Virus record (IMG/VR): IMGVR_UViG_3300017716_002032
Coordinates: 1 to 42,381 of that record
DNA: 42,381 nucleotides
Reading direction: 5' to 3' (one strand)
DNA from: a virus
Lineage: Duplodnaviria > Caudoviricetes
Shown here: positions 16,677 through 26,719 of the stretch, one piece after another
Layout: each line of letters starts with the position of its first letter
Position numbering within the stretch: position 1 is the stretch's first letter
Made by a program: the position numbers and the translations under genes
The notes under the pieces: generated by a model
What the model was told of the DNA's origin: nothing
The model's database searches: none
What the model saw: only the letters and a program-made list of their open reading frames with translations

Positions 16677-18067
16677 CAGAACGGCTCGTTAAAAACGGCA
16701 TACTGGAAAGTCGTCTGCACATTGTCAGAATCTATCACTTCAAACAAGAAACCGGGAGAGCGATACTGCCCACACCGCGTCCAGAACACGCGCTTGTTAT
16801 ACTGTCCGGTAAAGCCGAGGTTCGCTTGCTTTTCGTCGCCCCATGTATTCCCGCCGTCCTTTGAAAATCGGATGCGGATTAAAGGCAAATAGTCAGGGTC
16901 CGACGAATAGCCCGTGTTGCATTGCATCCACAGACTATCAATCGACTGTCTGCGAACCGTAGGAACCCCACCGCCAACCACGCGGTAAATCGGGTCGCCG
17001 TCGTCATTGCCTACAGTCGGGTCAAGCGTGAACAGCTTGGCGCTTTCACTGTCCCCAAGAACCACGGGCGAGCCTGCCGAGGCAACCGCCACATGACCAC
17101 GGAACCTTGGAAACCCATAGGACTGCCATTCGCACCACGCGCCGGTCGAAACGTCATAGGCAAACGAGCCTTGATCGCACGACACGATATAGAACGCATG
17201 GCCGTCCAGAATGAACGCAATGGCGGTCAGGTCAGCACCCGAAAGCCGGAACCGCTCCTCAATCGCCGTCGTGCTGATACGTTGCGGAACGTCAGCCGCA
17301 CGGTAGGCAATCCGCCCTTGCTCGTTATCCTCGCCCACGAAGAAAACGGTGTTATCAAACTGTAGGACGCAATCGCGCGAGGTCGCCCCACGCGAGAAGA
17401 TGCGCCCCTGATACCGCTGGAATGGAGCATCGCTATTCCCGGTCGGAAGCCATACCTCCGCGCTTTCCGCATCAAACAGCCATAGTTCCGACGCCGTCGC
17501 GACCGTGGCCACAGACCCGTCTGGCGAGCTTTCCGACGTGAAGAAATCCAGCGGATCAATCGTAATCTCGCCGGGTCGGATAAAGTAACGCCTCCCGCTT
17601 CCCCCGACTTGCACGACAATGTAGCCGTTAATCTCGGTTACATCGGTTGCCGTCAAGCTATCCGGCACTGTGACTTCGCTAACGTCCGTCCCGTCGTAGA
17701 GATAGAGAACGCCGCCCCCGACAAAGAACAGACCATCAACAAGGTCTGTCCCCGCCCATCGGATTAGATCAGTGCCTTCAATCTCCGTCACACCGCCCGC
17801 AAACGGAACCGCCACACCTTCACGATAAAGCACGTCGGGGGCTACATTGAACAGGTCGCCATCGAACAACCCGTCTTCTCGAAACACCCCGCGTTGTTGC
17901 GTGGCCCCGACCGTCTCCTTCAGCACAAGCCCCGGCCTTGGCAGGATAGCCACGCCGGTTACCTGATTAGCCGTCGCGCTTTCGACATACCGGTTTATCA
18001 GCCGGACAGGCGGGAGCTTGCCGACGACTCGCTTGTCATAGGTTGTGCCGATAAGCGCCGGAGGCAT
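16676..18067 (-). CDS. Tail hub / packaged DNA stabilization protein (P22 gp10-like)
   Basis: FFTSESSPD, RISTTAIE, DGHAFY, SKDGGNTW motifs. Confidence 0.85.
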   Translation of the reverse strand: MPPALIGTTYDKRVVGKLPPVRLINRYVESATANQVTGVAILPRPGLVLKETVGATQQRGVFREDGLFDGDLFNVAPDVLYREGVAVPFAGGVTEIEGTDLIRWAGTDLVDGLFFVGGGVLYLYDGTDVSEVTVPDSLTATDVTEINGYIVVQVGGSGRRYFIRPGEITIDPLDFFTSESSPDGSVATVATASELWLFDAESAEVWLPTGNSDAPFQRYQGRIFSRGATSRDCVLQFDNTVFFVGEDNEQGRIAYRAADVPQRISTTAIEERFRLSGADLTAIAFILDGHAFYIVSCDQGSFAYDVSTGAWCEWQSYGFPRFRGHVAVASAGSPVVLGDSESAKLFTLDPTVGNDDGDPIYRVVGGGVPTVRRQSIDSLWMQCNTGYSSDPDYLPLIRIRFSKDGGNTWGDEKQANLGFTGQYNKRVFWTRCGQYRSPGFLFEVIDSDNVQTTFQYAVFNEPF

Positions 18068-18101
18068 TATTCTTTACCTCGCTACCATCTTACGCTGTTT
18101 T

Positions 18102-18302
18102 TCAAATGACAGCATCGGACGGTTCGTCAACGGGCGCGGGTTCGGTAGGCAACGCGGCAAAGTCAGCCTCGTAGGAATCTGCGTAGGCTTGCAGATCAGC
18201 CGGTTTCTTAAGCAGAACGGTTTGCTCGAAAGCCTGATCTTTGAACTCGACCAAAACGCGAGTGTAGGGGCCGTTTTGGTCCAAGACGGTGAAAGTTGCC
18301 AT
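18102..18302 (-). CDS. Small hypothetical protein
   Basis: GAGGA RBS, coupled to the upstream gene. Confidence 0.65.
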   Translation of the reverse strand: MATFTVLDQNGPYTRVLVEFKDQAFEQTVLLKKPADLQAYADSYEADFAALPTEPAPVDEPSDAVI

Positions 18303-20440
18303 TATGCTGTCCTCGAAAGAATGACCTTGACCTGACCAGCAGCGACCGCAGTTGTGTCACTGTCCGCCGCGCCGCCCGTAATCGCAAGGCCAAGCCCGAG
18401 CGCAAAGCGGTAGCCGTTGAAGCCCGGCGTGATTTCTTTCTCTCCGGGGACGCCAGCTACGGCAGCCGGAACGGTAATCAGCATGGCCGGAGTGTCCGTC
18501 CCGACCGTTGGAGCGGTCGCCTTGTTATAGAGCTTGACGTAAGCCGGTGTCGCCCCGGTATTGGACGCAAACAAGGCTTGCAGGCCGCTCGTGCCGGTCA
18601 GGACCAGTTGCCCGTTCGTGGTCGCCGCCGAGTTGATAATCAGCGGGGTGGCGGGGGCAGCGGGGGTGCCCGCCGTGGTGACAGCCGTAACCGCGCCAAC
18701 AGTGGTGACAGTGGTGACAGTCGTAACCGTGCCAGACGACACTGTGACCGCCGGAACGTTCTGCACGTTGACAGGGGCCGCACCCGAGATGTCACCGGTC
18801 GGGCGGTTCAACATCTCGACCCGTTGGCGTTCAAAGTCGAAAATGCGAACGTAGGACAGCCGCAAGCAAGTGCGCTTAACGACAGCGCCAGCCGAGTTGG
18901 TCAGGGCGAAATCAGCGGGCAAGCTCAAGGCGAACGCATCCGTTGCAGGAACAAGCGTCAAAGCGGTCGTGACCGAGTTCGCCACCTTCCATGCCCCGTC
19001 AACGCCAAGGGTCGCGCCGTTGGTGGTGTTCGTGACGCCTTCCACGTTCACATAGTCGCCGATTGCGCCAATCGACCACGCCGACGCCCCGGTTAGGACA
19101 AGCTGGCGAGTTCCGTCCGTTAGAGTAGACAGGGTGGCGTTTACGCCGGAGTTGTTGGCCACCCCAATGGCCGACAACAGGTTGCCGCCTTGCACCTTGG
19201 CAATCACACCGCCGTAGCCGGTCACGGTCGCCGCCGTGCCGATTGCAGCGACTGTGAAGGTCGTCGGGGTCAAAACAGTGACCGCCGTGGCCGTCGTCAG
19301 GTTCGGGAAGGCCGACGCAGCGACGTTGCTGTTGCCGTAATAGACAATCAGATCGCCGGTGGTCAGGCCGTGGTCAGTGGCCGTCGTGAACGTGCCAACC
19401 GTCGTTCCCGGCTTGCTCACGCTGACCACGCGGGCAGTCAAAACCGTCAGCGACTTGTTGTTCGTCGCCCGGACGCGGAACTTGTAAGTTTTTGCCGGAT
19501 TTGGGCAGACTTGAGTGCGCAGAACGCGATTGTTCGACTGCGCCAGCGAATCCACAAGCGCGTCCGATGTTTGAACGCGGTCAGCTTGCGGAACAATGCG
19601 ATACTCGTTGGTCGGTGAAAACGCATAGGTGTAGGGCGCGTTGACAAGCTGCACCGACGCCGTAGTGCCAACCGTAATCGAATGGTTGCCAATCACCGTG
19701 CCAGACGGGAGAGCATCGCCGCTTTCCGAACGAATATAGAAACTGGCGTTCGTAGCCGTCGCGTTCTCAAAAATCTGCGACACACCATCGTTTGCGCCGC
19801 CGAGACGCCTACGCTCATACACCGACCCCTTGGCACCGACCGGGTTGGTAATGGTCTGCGAGGGAATGGTGCCGCCCGGTCCCGCCGTAGCCGTAAACTG
19901 GCGAGGCGACGGAATAGAGGCAACCACAAGCGCCGGATAGTTGGCCAATTGGTTCGAGCACCCGACAATGCCGATTGCCTTGCCGGGGACAAGGCCGTGG
20001 TCGGCAACTGTGTCAACGGTCAGCGTGGTCGTGGCTTGCGTGATCGACGAAATCGCGATGTCGGGATAAGCCGGGGTCGCCGGGTCAGTGTCCACAAGCT
20101 CAAGCGAGAACTCTTGCCCAAGCGTGGCTTGCGAGCGATGCGCTCCGACCGCCAATTCAATCGGCATGTCAAAGGTCGCGACCGTCTCTAGCGAGGTCTC
20201 GGTGCTAGCATCCCACGGGGATTTGGAGATGGTAAGGTATGACGCGGCGGCGGCGTTGCCATCAACCTGAACAATGTCGCCGGTCGCGGCTACAGTCGTC
20301 CAGTGATCGACGCTCAAATCCTCGAACGCCTCACGGAACTTGGTCGTAATGTTGTTAGGGCTAACCGGCATCGGCTTTTCATAGCTAACCGGAACGTCTT
20401 TGCCGTTGGGGCTTTCAAAGAAGCGAGTAACGCCGCTCAT
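18302..20440 (-). CDS. Large beta-rich virion protein (fiber/appendage)
   Basis: 712 aa Thr/Ala/Val rich; two T.T..DHGL..G repeat modules; in the structural cluster. Confidence 0.7.
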   Translation of the reverse strand: MSGVTRFFESPNGKDVPVSYEKPMPVSPNNITTKFREAFEDLSVDHWTTVAATGDIVQVDGNAAAASYLTISKSPWDASTETSLETVATFDMPIELAVGAHRSQATLGQEFSLELVDTDPATPAYPDIAISSITQATTTLTVDTVADHGLVPGKAIGIVGCSNQLANYPALVVASIPSPRQFTATAGPGGTIPSQTITNPVGAKGSVYERRRLGGANDGVSQIFENATATNASFYIRSESGDALPSGTVIGNHSITVGTTASVQLVNAPYTYAFSPTNEYRIVPQADRVQTSDALVDSLAQSNNRVLRTQVCPNPAKTYKFRVRATNNKSLTVLTARVVSVSKPGTTVGTFTTATDHGLTTGDLIVYYGNSNVAASAFPNLTTATAVTVLTPTTFTVAAIGTAATVTGYGGVIAKVQGGNLLSAIGVANNSGVNATLSTLTDGTRQLVLTGASAWSIGAIGDYVNVEGVTNTTNGATLGVDGAWKVANSVTTALTLVPATDAFALSLPADFALTNSAGAVVKRTCLRLSYVRIFDFERQRVEMLNRPTGDISGAAPVNVQNVPAVTVSSGTVTTVTTVTTVGAVTAVTTAGTPAAPATPLIINSAATTNGQLVLTGTSGLQALFASNTGATPAYVKLYNKATAPTVGTDTPAMLITVPAAVAGVPGEKEITPGFNGYRFALGLGLAITGGAADSDTTAVAAGQVKVILSRTA

Positions 20441-21135
20441 CAGGAATATCCTCTATGGGGGTATTGGGGCTGAAGGAATACTGCCGAGGGCCGATCAAAC
20501 CCGCTCAACTTATCATACAGGCTTGCGGCCTTTGATGCGATACTCGCCGCCAATACAGGCCGCGTTTCCGTAATACCAAAAGTGTCCAGCAAACGTGCGG
20601 CAAGATTATAGGTCACCGTCTCCGACCATTCTTGCGGAACATCCACATTTTGGTCGAGATCAGTAACGTCTTCAATCACACGCGCCGTTGTGCAGAAGAT
20701 GTTTATCTCTGTCGTAGGAACCGGCCACAACGTCAAAGTCACACTGTCACGCAAGCGACGAAAATAGAAAATCGTCGGCTGGCCCGCCGCGCTCTTATTG
20801 GGAAGGACAATGTATTCGCCACGCTCCCAACGGTCCAGAATACGCTGAAACGTCGGGCTAATCTCCGCACGAGCCTCTTGCACATCCATTACTCGCGGGT
20901 CGAGTGTCACTGTTGCAGTCGCCGCCGGGAAAACAATTGTCTCTTCCTCTTCGCGCCAGAGGTTACAACCATCCGCTTGCCAGCTTTTCAGCATCCATTG
21001 GAGTTGCGTCAGCCCTTGCGCCGCATCGTCCGCAGACGGCGTTTCACCACCGCCAAGCACCGTAATCAGTGACAAGGCTTGCGTGACAAAAACCCGCGCG
21101 GTCAATAGCTCCGTGATGCTGCCACTTGTGGCCAT
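20440..21135 (-). CDS. Head-to-tail adaptor (P22 gp4-like)
   Basis: GGETPSADD...LQWMLKSW; DVPQEW..TVTYNLA motifs. Confidence 0.8.
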   Translation of the reverse strand: MATSGSITELLTARVFVTQALSLITVLGGGETPSADDAAQGLTQLQWMLKSWQADGCNLWREEEETIVFPAATATVTLDPRVMDVQEARAEISPTFQRILDRWERGEYIVLPNKSAAGQPTIFYFRRLRDSVTLTLWPVPTTEINIFCTTARVIEDVTDLDQNVDVPQEWSETVTYNLAARLLDTFGITETRPVLAASIASKAASLYDKLSGFDRPSAVFLQPQYPHRGYS

Positions 21136-21137
21136 CG

Positions 21138-21413
21138 TTACAGGTCTTCCGGGAGGACGGGGTTTTCAGGGTCAACAAACAAGTCAGGCGGTCGCGGGGT
21201 AATGTCGGGAAGCGGCACCCCCTCTGGCCCTACGTTAGGAGCCGTAAGGATAGCAGGCCGAGGGTCCCAACAAGTGTCCCTGCAAACCATCAGCCCCGTC
21301 CATTCCTTCGCAATGTCAGGACGCCGCCGCTTGAACGAACAGCGCGCACAAATGGCCCAGACCCCACCGGGTATATAGTTTGGTGCGCCGCGTGTGTCGG
21401 GACGAATGGCCAT
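21138..21413 (-). CDS. Small Cys-rich protein
   Basis: CARC...EWTGLMVC..CWDPR conserved podophage motif. Confidence 0.75.
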   Translation of the reverse strand: MAIRPDTRGAPNYIPGGVWAICARCSFKRRRPDIAKEWTGLMVCRDTCWDPRPAILTAPNVGPEGVPLPDITPRPPDLFVDPENPVLPEDL

Positions 21414-21431
21414 GACTTACCTTGTGATATT

Positions 21432-21457
21432 CCCGGCGACCCGAAAGCCGCCGGGAA
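21432..21457 (-). terminator. Stem-loop after the major capsid gene
   Basis: TTCCCGGCGGC-TTTCG-GGTCGCCGGGA on minus; weak U tract. Confidence 0.45.
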
Positions 21458-21464
21458 ATCAGAC

Positions 21465-22379
21465 TTAGGCCGCGCCTTGGACGCCGAACGCACCCCGCCA
21501 ATCGCCCCAGCCGGGGACGAAACGAGCGGTTGCCTTGGCCTTCAGGTTCTCGGTGTCGAAGTCGTTGTCGCGCTCAAGCTCGACTTCACGACGCCACATC
21601 GACTTCAGGCCACCCGGAACGTCCGTCTTCAGGAACCACGAATCGAGGTCCGTCAGATAGGGGTTCGAGACATAGCCGTCCTGAAGCAGGCCCATCGAAC
21701 GAATGGCATTAATGTCATTGTTCGCAGTGCCGGGACGCAGGTTCGACTTGATGATCCGTTCCGCGTTGAAAGCCTCGGTCGGATTGACCATCAGCTTCGT
21801 CGGGGCAACCGGAATGTTCAGGCCGCGCGAGTTGCGCATCTGCATCAGAACCTTAATGGCATCCTCAAGCGAGGCTTCCGAAAGGTCTGCCGCAACGGCA
21901 AGCGTGTTGGCCTGATCGCCCGAAAGCGTCGGGTGACCAGTCGAGAACAGAGCAACGCCATCACCACCGGCATAAGCGCCGCCGGTAAAGCCACGGTTGA
22001 GGATGTTCGCGTGAACAATCTCAATGGTCGTGGACATGGAGAAGGCCAGCGACGAAGCGCGGGTCTCGGAGACTTCCCGATACAGGTCATCCTCTTGCTC
22101 TTCGCGGGTCACGATGTAACCCAGACCGTAAACGACGTGATACAGGGTGTTTTTGTAACCCTGTTGGTCCGAGTCGTAAGCAATCGACGCGCCTTCGGTC
22201 TTGACCGGGGCCAGACCAAAGCCAGTGGCTTCAATCAGGTATTCCCATGCCTTGTCCGACTTTTCCTTGTCGAAGAACTGAGTGTAGAGCTTGGGGTATT
22301 TCCCATACTCTTTACCGAACCACAGCTTTACGCCGGGCCAAAGAGCATCGGGGTGATTTGAGCGAGTAATCACAGCCAT
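21465..22379 (-). CDS. Major capsid protein
   Basis: FGLAPVKTEG, GGDGVALFSTGHP, YLTDLDSWF, DFDTENLKAKATARF..GWGDWRG motifs; strong RBS. Confidence 0.9.
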   Translation of the reverse strand: MAVITRSNHPDALWPGVKLWFGKEYGKYPKLYTQFFDKEKSDKAWEYLIEATGFGLAPVKTEGASIAYDSDQQGYKNTLYHVVYGLGYIVTREEQEDDLYREVSETRASSLAFSMSTTIEIVHANILNRGFTGGAYAGGDGVALFSTGHPTLSGDQANTLAVAADLSEASLEDAIKVLMQMRNSRGLNIPVAPTKLMVNPTEAFNAERIIKSNLRPGTANNDINAIRSMGLLQDGYVSNPYLTDLDSWFLKTDVPGGLKSMWRREVELERDNDFDTENLKAKATARFVPGWGDWRGAFGVQGAA

Positions 22380-22394
22380 TGTTCAAACCCTCCC

Positions 22395-22976
22395 TTAAAT
22401 GCCAAGGCCGCTGGCATTACCAGCTTCAGTCGGCAGATTGATACGAACGAGAACGTTGGCGTAAGCCCCGACCTCGTTATTGATTTGCGGCTCAAGGCCG
22501 AGAACGCGAAGCTGGAAAGTCGCATCGGCAGCGGGCGTGGTGCCGTCCAGAATGAAACCCGATTGCTTCGTCGCGGTTGAACCGGAACCCGCAGTCAGGT
22601 TGGCATTGAGGCCAATCTGGGCAGCCGCAATACCGTCCACGTCCGCCTGAATCGCGTATTCGATGTCCGGGTCATCAGCGATCAGAACATACATATCGGT
22701 CGAGGCCGGGCGGTAACCGAACGGCACAAACGCCGGGTTGGGCTGGAAGCCCACCACAACGCCCGTGATGCGGTTGGTCGCGCCAGCGGTAGCACGGGTG
22801 ACGGTCGGGGCAACGCCCGCCGTGTCAGCCGAACCAGCGAGAATGACAGGGTCACCGATAAACAGCGCAGTCGCATCCGTCGAGGGGACGAAATAAGTAT
22901 TGCAAGCTCCGCTGTAGGGAGACCCGTCACGCTCTCGCACAGGCCGCAGCCCATACGGAGAATTGACGTTAGCCAT
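22395..22976 (-). CDS. Capsid-associated / decoration protein
   Basis: MANVNSPYGLRPV...IFIGDPV-like...DDP family upstream of the MCP. Confidence 0.7.
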   Translation of the reverse strand: MANVNSPYGLRPVRERDGSPYSGACNTYFVPSTDATALFIGDPVILAGSADTAGVAPTVTRATAGATNRITGVVVGFQPNPAFVPFGYRPASTDMYVLIADDPDIEYAIQADVDGIAAAQIGLNANLTAGSGSTATKQSGFILDGTTPAADATFQLRVLGLEPQINNEVGAYANVLVRINLPTEAGNASGLGI

Positions 22977-22990
22977 AGGAAAAGACTCCT

Positions 22991-23548
22991 TTAGGGCTTG
23001 AAGCCCCTGATGGTGTTATCGGAAGGGGCGTAGATGCCCGCAGGAGACGGAGCCGAGGCCCCCGAACCTTCACCCTGAAGCGCAGCCTTCTCAACTTGAT
23101 TGAGACGGTCCAACTTGGCTTTCCGGTCCTCTACCGCGAACTCCTTGGGTTTCCGAAGGAGTCTAGCGACTATCGGGGCACCTTGGGAGTTTGTCCCCAC
23201 AGTGCGCCCCTCGACCCCATCAACCACATCATAGTAGTTCCTCTGGGTCAGTTGTTCGATGCGTCCACCTTCATCATGGACCCACCGAAGTTCACAATCA
23301 GCGTTATCACGGATTACTTCCTCTGGCAAGCCAAGGCGCATGACCGTCATCGTGTCAAGCGTTCCGTTACTGCGCTCACGTCTTTCGCGCATCTCCTGAA
23401 GACGACGCGGCGAGATACCGGACGACTTGGCTTCCGGTTTTGGAGGAGCAACCTCTTCAATCGTGTGCGGTGCATCAAGAGCAATAGCGGGAGTAACCCG
23501 GACAGGTGCTTCGGTCATCTTGGGCTTTCTGTTGTAAGGGCGGGCCAT
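22991..23548 (-). CDS. Conserved head-module protein
   Basis: RWVHDEGGRI motif, syntenic. Confidence 0.7.
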   Translation of the reverse strand: MARPYNRKPKMTEAPVRVTPAIALDAPHTIEEVAPPKPEAKSSGISPRRLQEMRERRERSNGTLDTMTVMRLGLPEEVIRDNADCELRWVHDEGGRIEQLTQRNYYDVVDGVEGRTVGTNSQGAPIVARLLRKPKEFAVEDRKAKLDRLNQVEKAALQGEGSGASAPSPAGIYAPSDNTIRGFKP

Positions 23549-24324
23549 CAGCGCATCTTCTCTTCGTCATACATATCGAGGTATTGCTGCACACTATCGG
23601 CCCGCTTGCGCTCAACGGCTTGGCGGGCGGCATTCAGAACAGCCGGGGGATAGGTTTTCTTCGGCGGGGGAGTGCCACGCTGGCCACCCTCGACAGACGG
23701 GGCATTGCGTTGCACCGGCTTGGCATCAAACAACTCAGGGAACCGCTTTCTGACCTTCTCAGCCGCATACGCCAGTTGAGCGTCCGGGTCTTTGCCTTCC
23801 TCATTGGCGACCGCCGCCATAGCAACAGCGTAAGCAGTCGCTTCCTTGTCGTCACCAAACCACGGGTTATCCGCCTTGAACTTGGCCCTGTAGTCCTGCT
23901 GGACCGGCTGGCGTTCAAGTGCATCAATCTCCGCAGACACCCGGCGAGCCTCGGTCGGGTCGTTCGCATCCACCGCTTGAGCAAACTTGCGCTCTAGGGC
24001 CACACGCTGCTTATCCAGTTCCCGCTGAAGGATTTTCTCATTGGTCTTGGACAGACCTTTGATCGTGTCCTTCACCTCGCCAAGCTCGCGCTTGAGCGTC
24101 CGGTTAGCATCGACCGTATGCTTGACGAACTCCCCGGCATCACGCCAGCCGGAATCGTCGCCTTTCCAGTCCTCCTTCGGACGCCAACCCATTTCCCTTG
24201 CAAGGGCCTCCAGATCGGGCGGAGAAGCCGCCTCACGGGCGGGCGCGTCATTCGGGATGTCGGGAGCCGCTACATCAGGGGCGGGGGCCTCTTGAGCCTC
24301 TGGGGCCATTTGAACGTCGGTCAT
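23548..24324 (-). CDS. Capsid scaffolding protein
   Basis: AREMGWRPKEDW, coiled coil, NPWF, VRKRFPELF. Confidence 0.75.
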   Translation of the reverse strand: MTDVQMAPEAQEAPAPDVAAPDIPNDAPAREAASPPDLEALAREMGWRPKEDWKGDDSGWRDAGEFVKHTVDANRTLKRELGEVKDTIKGLSKTNEKILQRELDKQRVALERKFAQAVDANDPTEARRVSAEIDALERQPVQQDYRAKFKADNPWFGDDKEATAYAVAMAAVANEEGKDPDAQLAYAAEKVRKRFPELFDAKPVQRNAPSVEGGQRGTPPPKKTYPPAVLNAARQAVERKRADSVQQYLDMYDEEKMR

Positions 24325-24617
24325 TCGATCACCGCTGCAATCGCCTTGTCTTTCACAAGGCGGAATTCATCCTCGCCATCCTTCACAAGGATGCCGTCGT
24401 ATCGGGCAAACAATACTCGGTCACCGATTTCAGGCTTCCCACCTTCCGGCCACTCCGCATAATCGAAAGCCGCCGGAGACATAGAGACAATAACCCCACG
24501 CTGTTGCGCGTGTTTGTCGCTCTCTACTGTCTGGTCAGAGAGGATAATCCCCCCCTTTGTCTTTTGTTCTGCCGCATCGGGCCGAACCAGCACGTTGTAT
24601 TCAATCGGTCGAATCAT
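24321..24617 (-). CDS. groES: Co-chaperonin GroES-like
   Basis: IRPIEYNVLVRP...KTKGGIIL...GDRVLFARYDG. Confidence 0.9.
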   Translation of the reverse strand: MIRPIEYNVLVRPDAAEQKTKGGIILSDQTVESDKHAQQRGVIVSMSPAAFDYAEWPEGGKPEIGDRVLFARYDGILVKDGEDEFRLVKDKAIAAVIE

Positions 24618-24834
24618 GCATCTTCCTCACATCTTCGAGGGCTATTTCAGACAGAGCGCGGTATGCGTCTGCCCGTGTTCTAAGCGTCGTAAGCAACAGC
24701 GGGTCGCTCTCACCCGCCTCCCACGACGCGGCTACCCAACCGTCACGTTGGGCCGTAGCCGCCTTGTTCAAAGCCGACAGCACCCATTCCGTCACCGGAT
24801 GGTTGCGCCACTGTTCCCAGTCCTCCATTTCCAT
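24601..24834 (-). CDS. Small conserved protein downstream of portal
   Basis: WEQWRNHPVT motif. Confidence 0.7.
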   Translation of the reverse strand: MEMEDWEQWRNHPVTEWVLSALNKAATAQRDGWVAASWEAGESDPLLLTTLRTRADAYRALSEIALEDVRKMHDSTD

Positions 24835-26719
24835 TCGTCACTCCTCGCTCTGCCACTAGGGAGAGCTTGTCCATCGCATCAGCGCGATTCTTTGCAGCCG
24901 TGGCCTCGTTGAGACCGGCTTTGCTTTCCTTCTCCCGAATGTCCGCAATCATCAGCGGGTTAGGCGGGGGAGGCCCTTCAGGTTTAGGCGGAAACAGTTT
25001 CTCAATGTCCGCAATGTCAGCAGCCTCAAAAATACGCTTGAGGATTTCCTCATCATTAAGCCCCTTGCCGAGGAACCCTTGCAGGAACCCGGCCTTGGCC
25101 ATCCGCTGCATATTCGTCACAGACGCCGGGTCCGCTACCGGCTGGATATCCAGATCAGCCTCGTTAAAGTCAGCCGCCAGTGTCGCGCCGGGAATGTCCA
25201 GCACCCGCGCATATTCGTCCGGGTCGCCGTATCTCGACACGCAATCATAGAGCAGTTGAAACTCTTGTTTGGCGCTCCGGTAAATACGCTTGTAGATCGC
25301 CGTGAACGTCTGAAGCCCTTGCTCAATCAGGGCCAGCGTCGCCGTGGCCGTCTGTGACTTGCCAGCCTCTCCCGTCAGCACGTCCTTAACCGACGAAATG
25401 TCCTTCGCCGCGTCCATGAGCATCCCAAGCAACTCAAACAGGACAGGGCTAGGCGAGGGCATGGGCCGCTCGTAGATCGCCTTGGCAATGTCCCCGCCCG
25501 GCGCGTTCACCACCTTGTATTCACTCGGGCTGAACCGCAACACGTTCGTCTGCCCGGACCCCTGAAGCCTCAGACCCGCCGCAAGAAACCCGCCGCCCGC
25601 AACCTGTGCATGGCCCGCGTCCAGAAGCTGATTGATGATCGTATTAACCACCGCATTGAGCGGGGCCAGCAAGTGACCGAACCCGATGTCATAGAAGCCG
25701 CCCTTCGGATCAGGCAGGAAGCTATACTTGACGAACGGGCACCACCGCTCAATCCGAATGACCGTCTGGCCATCCTCCGCAATCTCTAGGTCAAGCTCAT
25801 CATAAGCCGCTTCAATCCGCATGACCTCTGACGACTCAACGTCAACCGTGATGACGTAAGGCTCCTCAACCCCGTCTCCATCCAGATCATGCAGGCGGTG
25901 TTGCTCGATAAACTGGCGCGGCGCTTGATCGTCCTCGTTCCCGTCAAGCAACAGCGGAACGTCTCGATACATCCCCGACCGCTGGCGTTCACTCACCTGA
26001 TAGGGGAACACCTCAAAGTCCTGTGTAATCCGGGGCGCTTCCTTAAGGCTTCGTGCATCGCTTGGCACAGTCAGATGAAGGGCATTCACGAACTCGCTGC
26101 ACGGACGGCGCTTGTGCGGGTCGTAATAGACCTTGCGGAACCCGCACCCGCTAATCGGCAACTGGTTAAGCAGAACGTCCGTGTCCCCTTCCCAGTCGGC
26201 AATCCGGTAGAACAACTGATAGTTCAGGTAGTCCTTAACCCGGTCAGCCCGCGCTTGTTTCTGGCCAGATTCATCCCGACCGAGAACCGCCACGCTAACC
26301 GCATCCCCCGGCTTCACAATGGCCGGATAAGCCCTCGCCGCGAATTGTTGCGCCGCCACAGTAACCAGCGGGTATTGCACGTTCGCTGACCTGTCGAATG
26401 GATAGTTCTTGTCATCCGGCTTATCTTGAGCAGCAGCAGCCAAGGCCGCTTCCGTCTGTGTCTTCCATTGATTCCGCGCGCCATCGTCCATGCGCCATTC
26501 TTGAACGCATTGCGACCCAAGCGTGGCTAGTGCCGTCTCGCCCAGATACTGGATGATGATGTCAGACACATCGCCAGTGGACGCAGCGAGCAACAGAACA
26601 AGCGGGCGATCATCCTCTGGCCCACCGGCATCGTCCAGATCGACACCTTCCGGCATCCCCTCGATCTCTTCCGGCTCAGGCGCTTCGTATTCGCCGCCGT
26701 AGTCTTCGACCATGCTCAT
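24743..26719 (-). CDS. Portal protein
   Basis: 658 aa after TerL; SANVQYPLVTVAAQQF.ARAYP, DLDGDGVEEPY, GFYDIGFG motifs. Confidence 0.9.
   Translation of the reverse strand: MSMVEDYGGEYEAPEPEEIEGMPEGVDLDDAGGPEDDRPLVLLLAASTGDVSDIIIQYLGETALATLGSQCVQEWRMDDGARNQWKTQTEAALAAAAQDKPDDKNYPFDRSANVQYPLVTVAAQQFAARAYPAIVKPGDAVSVAVLGRDESGQKQARADRVKDYLNYQLFYRIADWEGDTDVLLNQLPISGCGFRKVYYDPHKRRPCSEFVNALHLTVPSDARSLKEAPRITQDFEVFPYQVSERQRSGMYRDVPLLLDGNEDDQAPRQFIEQHRLHDLDGDGVEEPYVITVDVESSEVMRIEAAYDELDLEIAEDGQTVIRIERWCPFVKYSFLPDPKGGFYDIGFGHLLAPLNAVVNTIINQLLDAGHAQVAGGGFLAAGLRLQGSGQTNVLRFSPSEYKVVNAPGGDIAKAIYERPMPSPSPVLFELLGMLMDAAKDISSVKDVLTGEAGKSQTATATLALIEQGLQTFTAIYKRIYRSAKQEFQLLYDCVSRYGDPDEYARVLDIPGATLAADFNEADLDIQPVADPASVTNMQRMAKAGFLQGFLGKGLNDEEILKRIFEAADIADIEKLFPPKPEGPPPPNPLMIADIREKESKAGLNEATAAKNRADAMDKLSLVAERGVTNGNGGLGTVAQPSGDGMGAVGFEQGGYGPT

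Noticed and set aside
21126-22361. Long plus-strand ORFs opposite virion genes
   Set aside because: Antisense shadows of high-GC coding sequence; the minus-strand genes carry the conserved motifs.
24321-24617. Phage-encoded GroES as a novelty
   Set aside because: Commonly found between portal and scaffold in this type of podophage.
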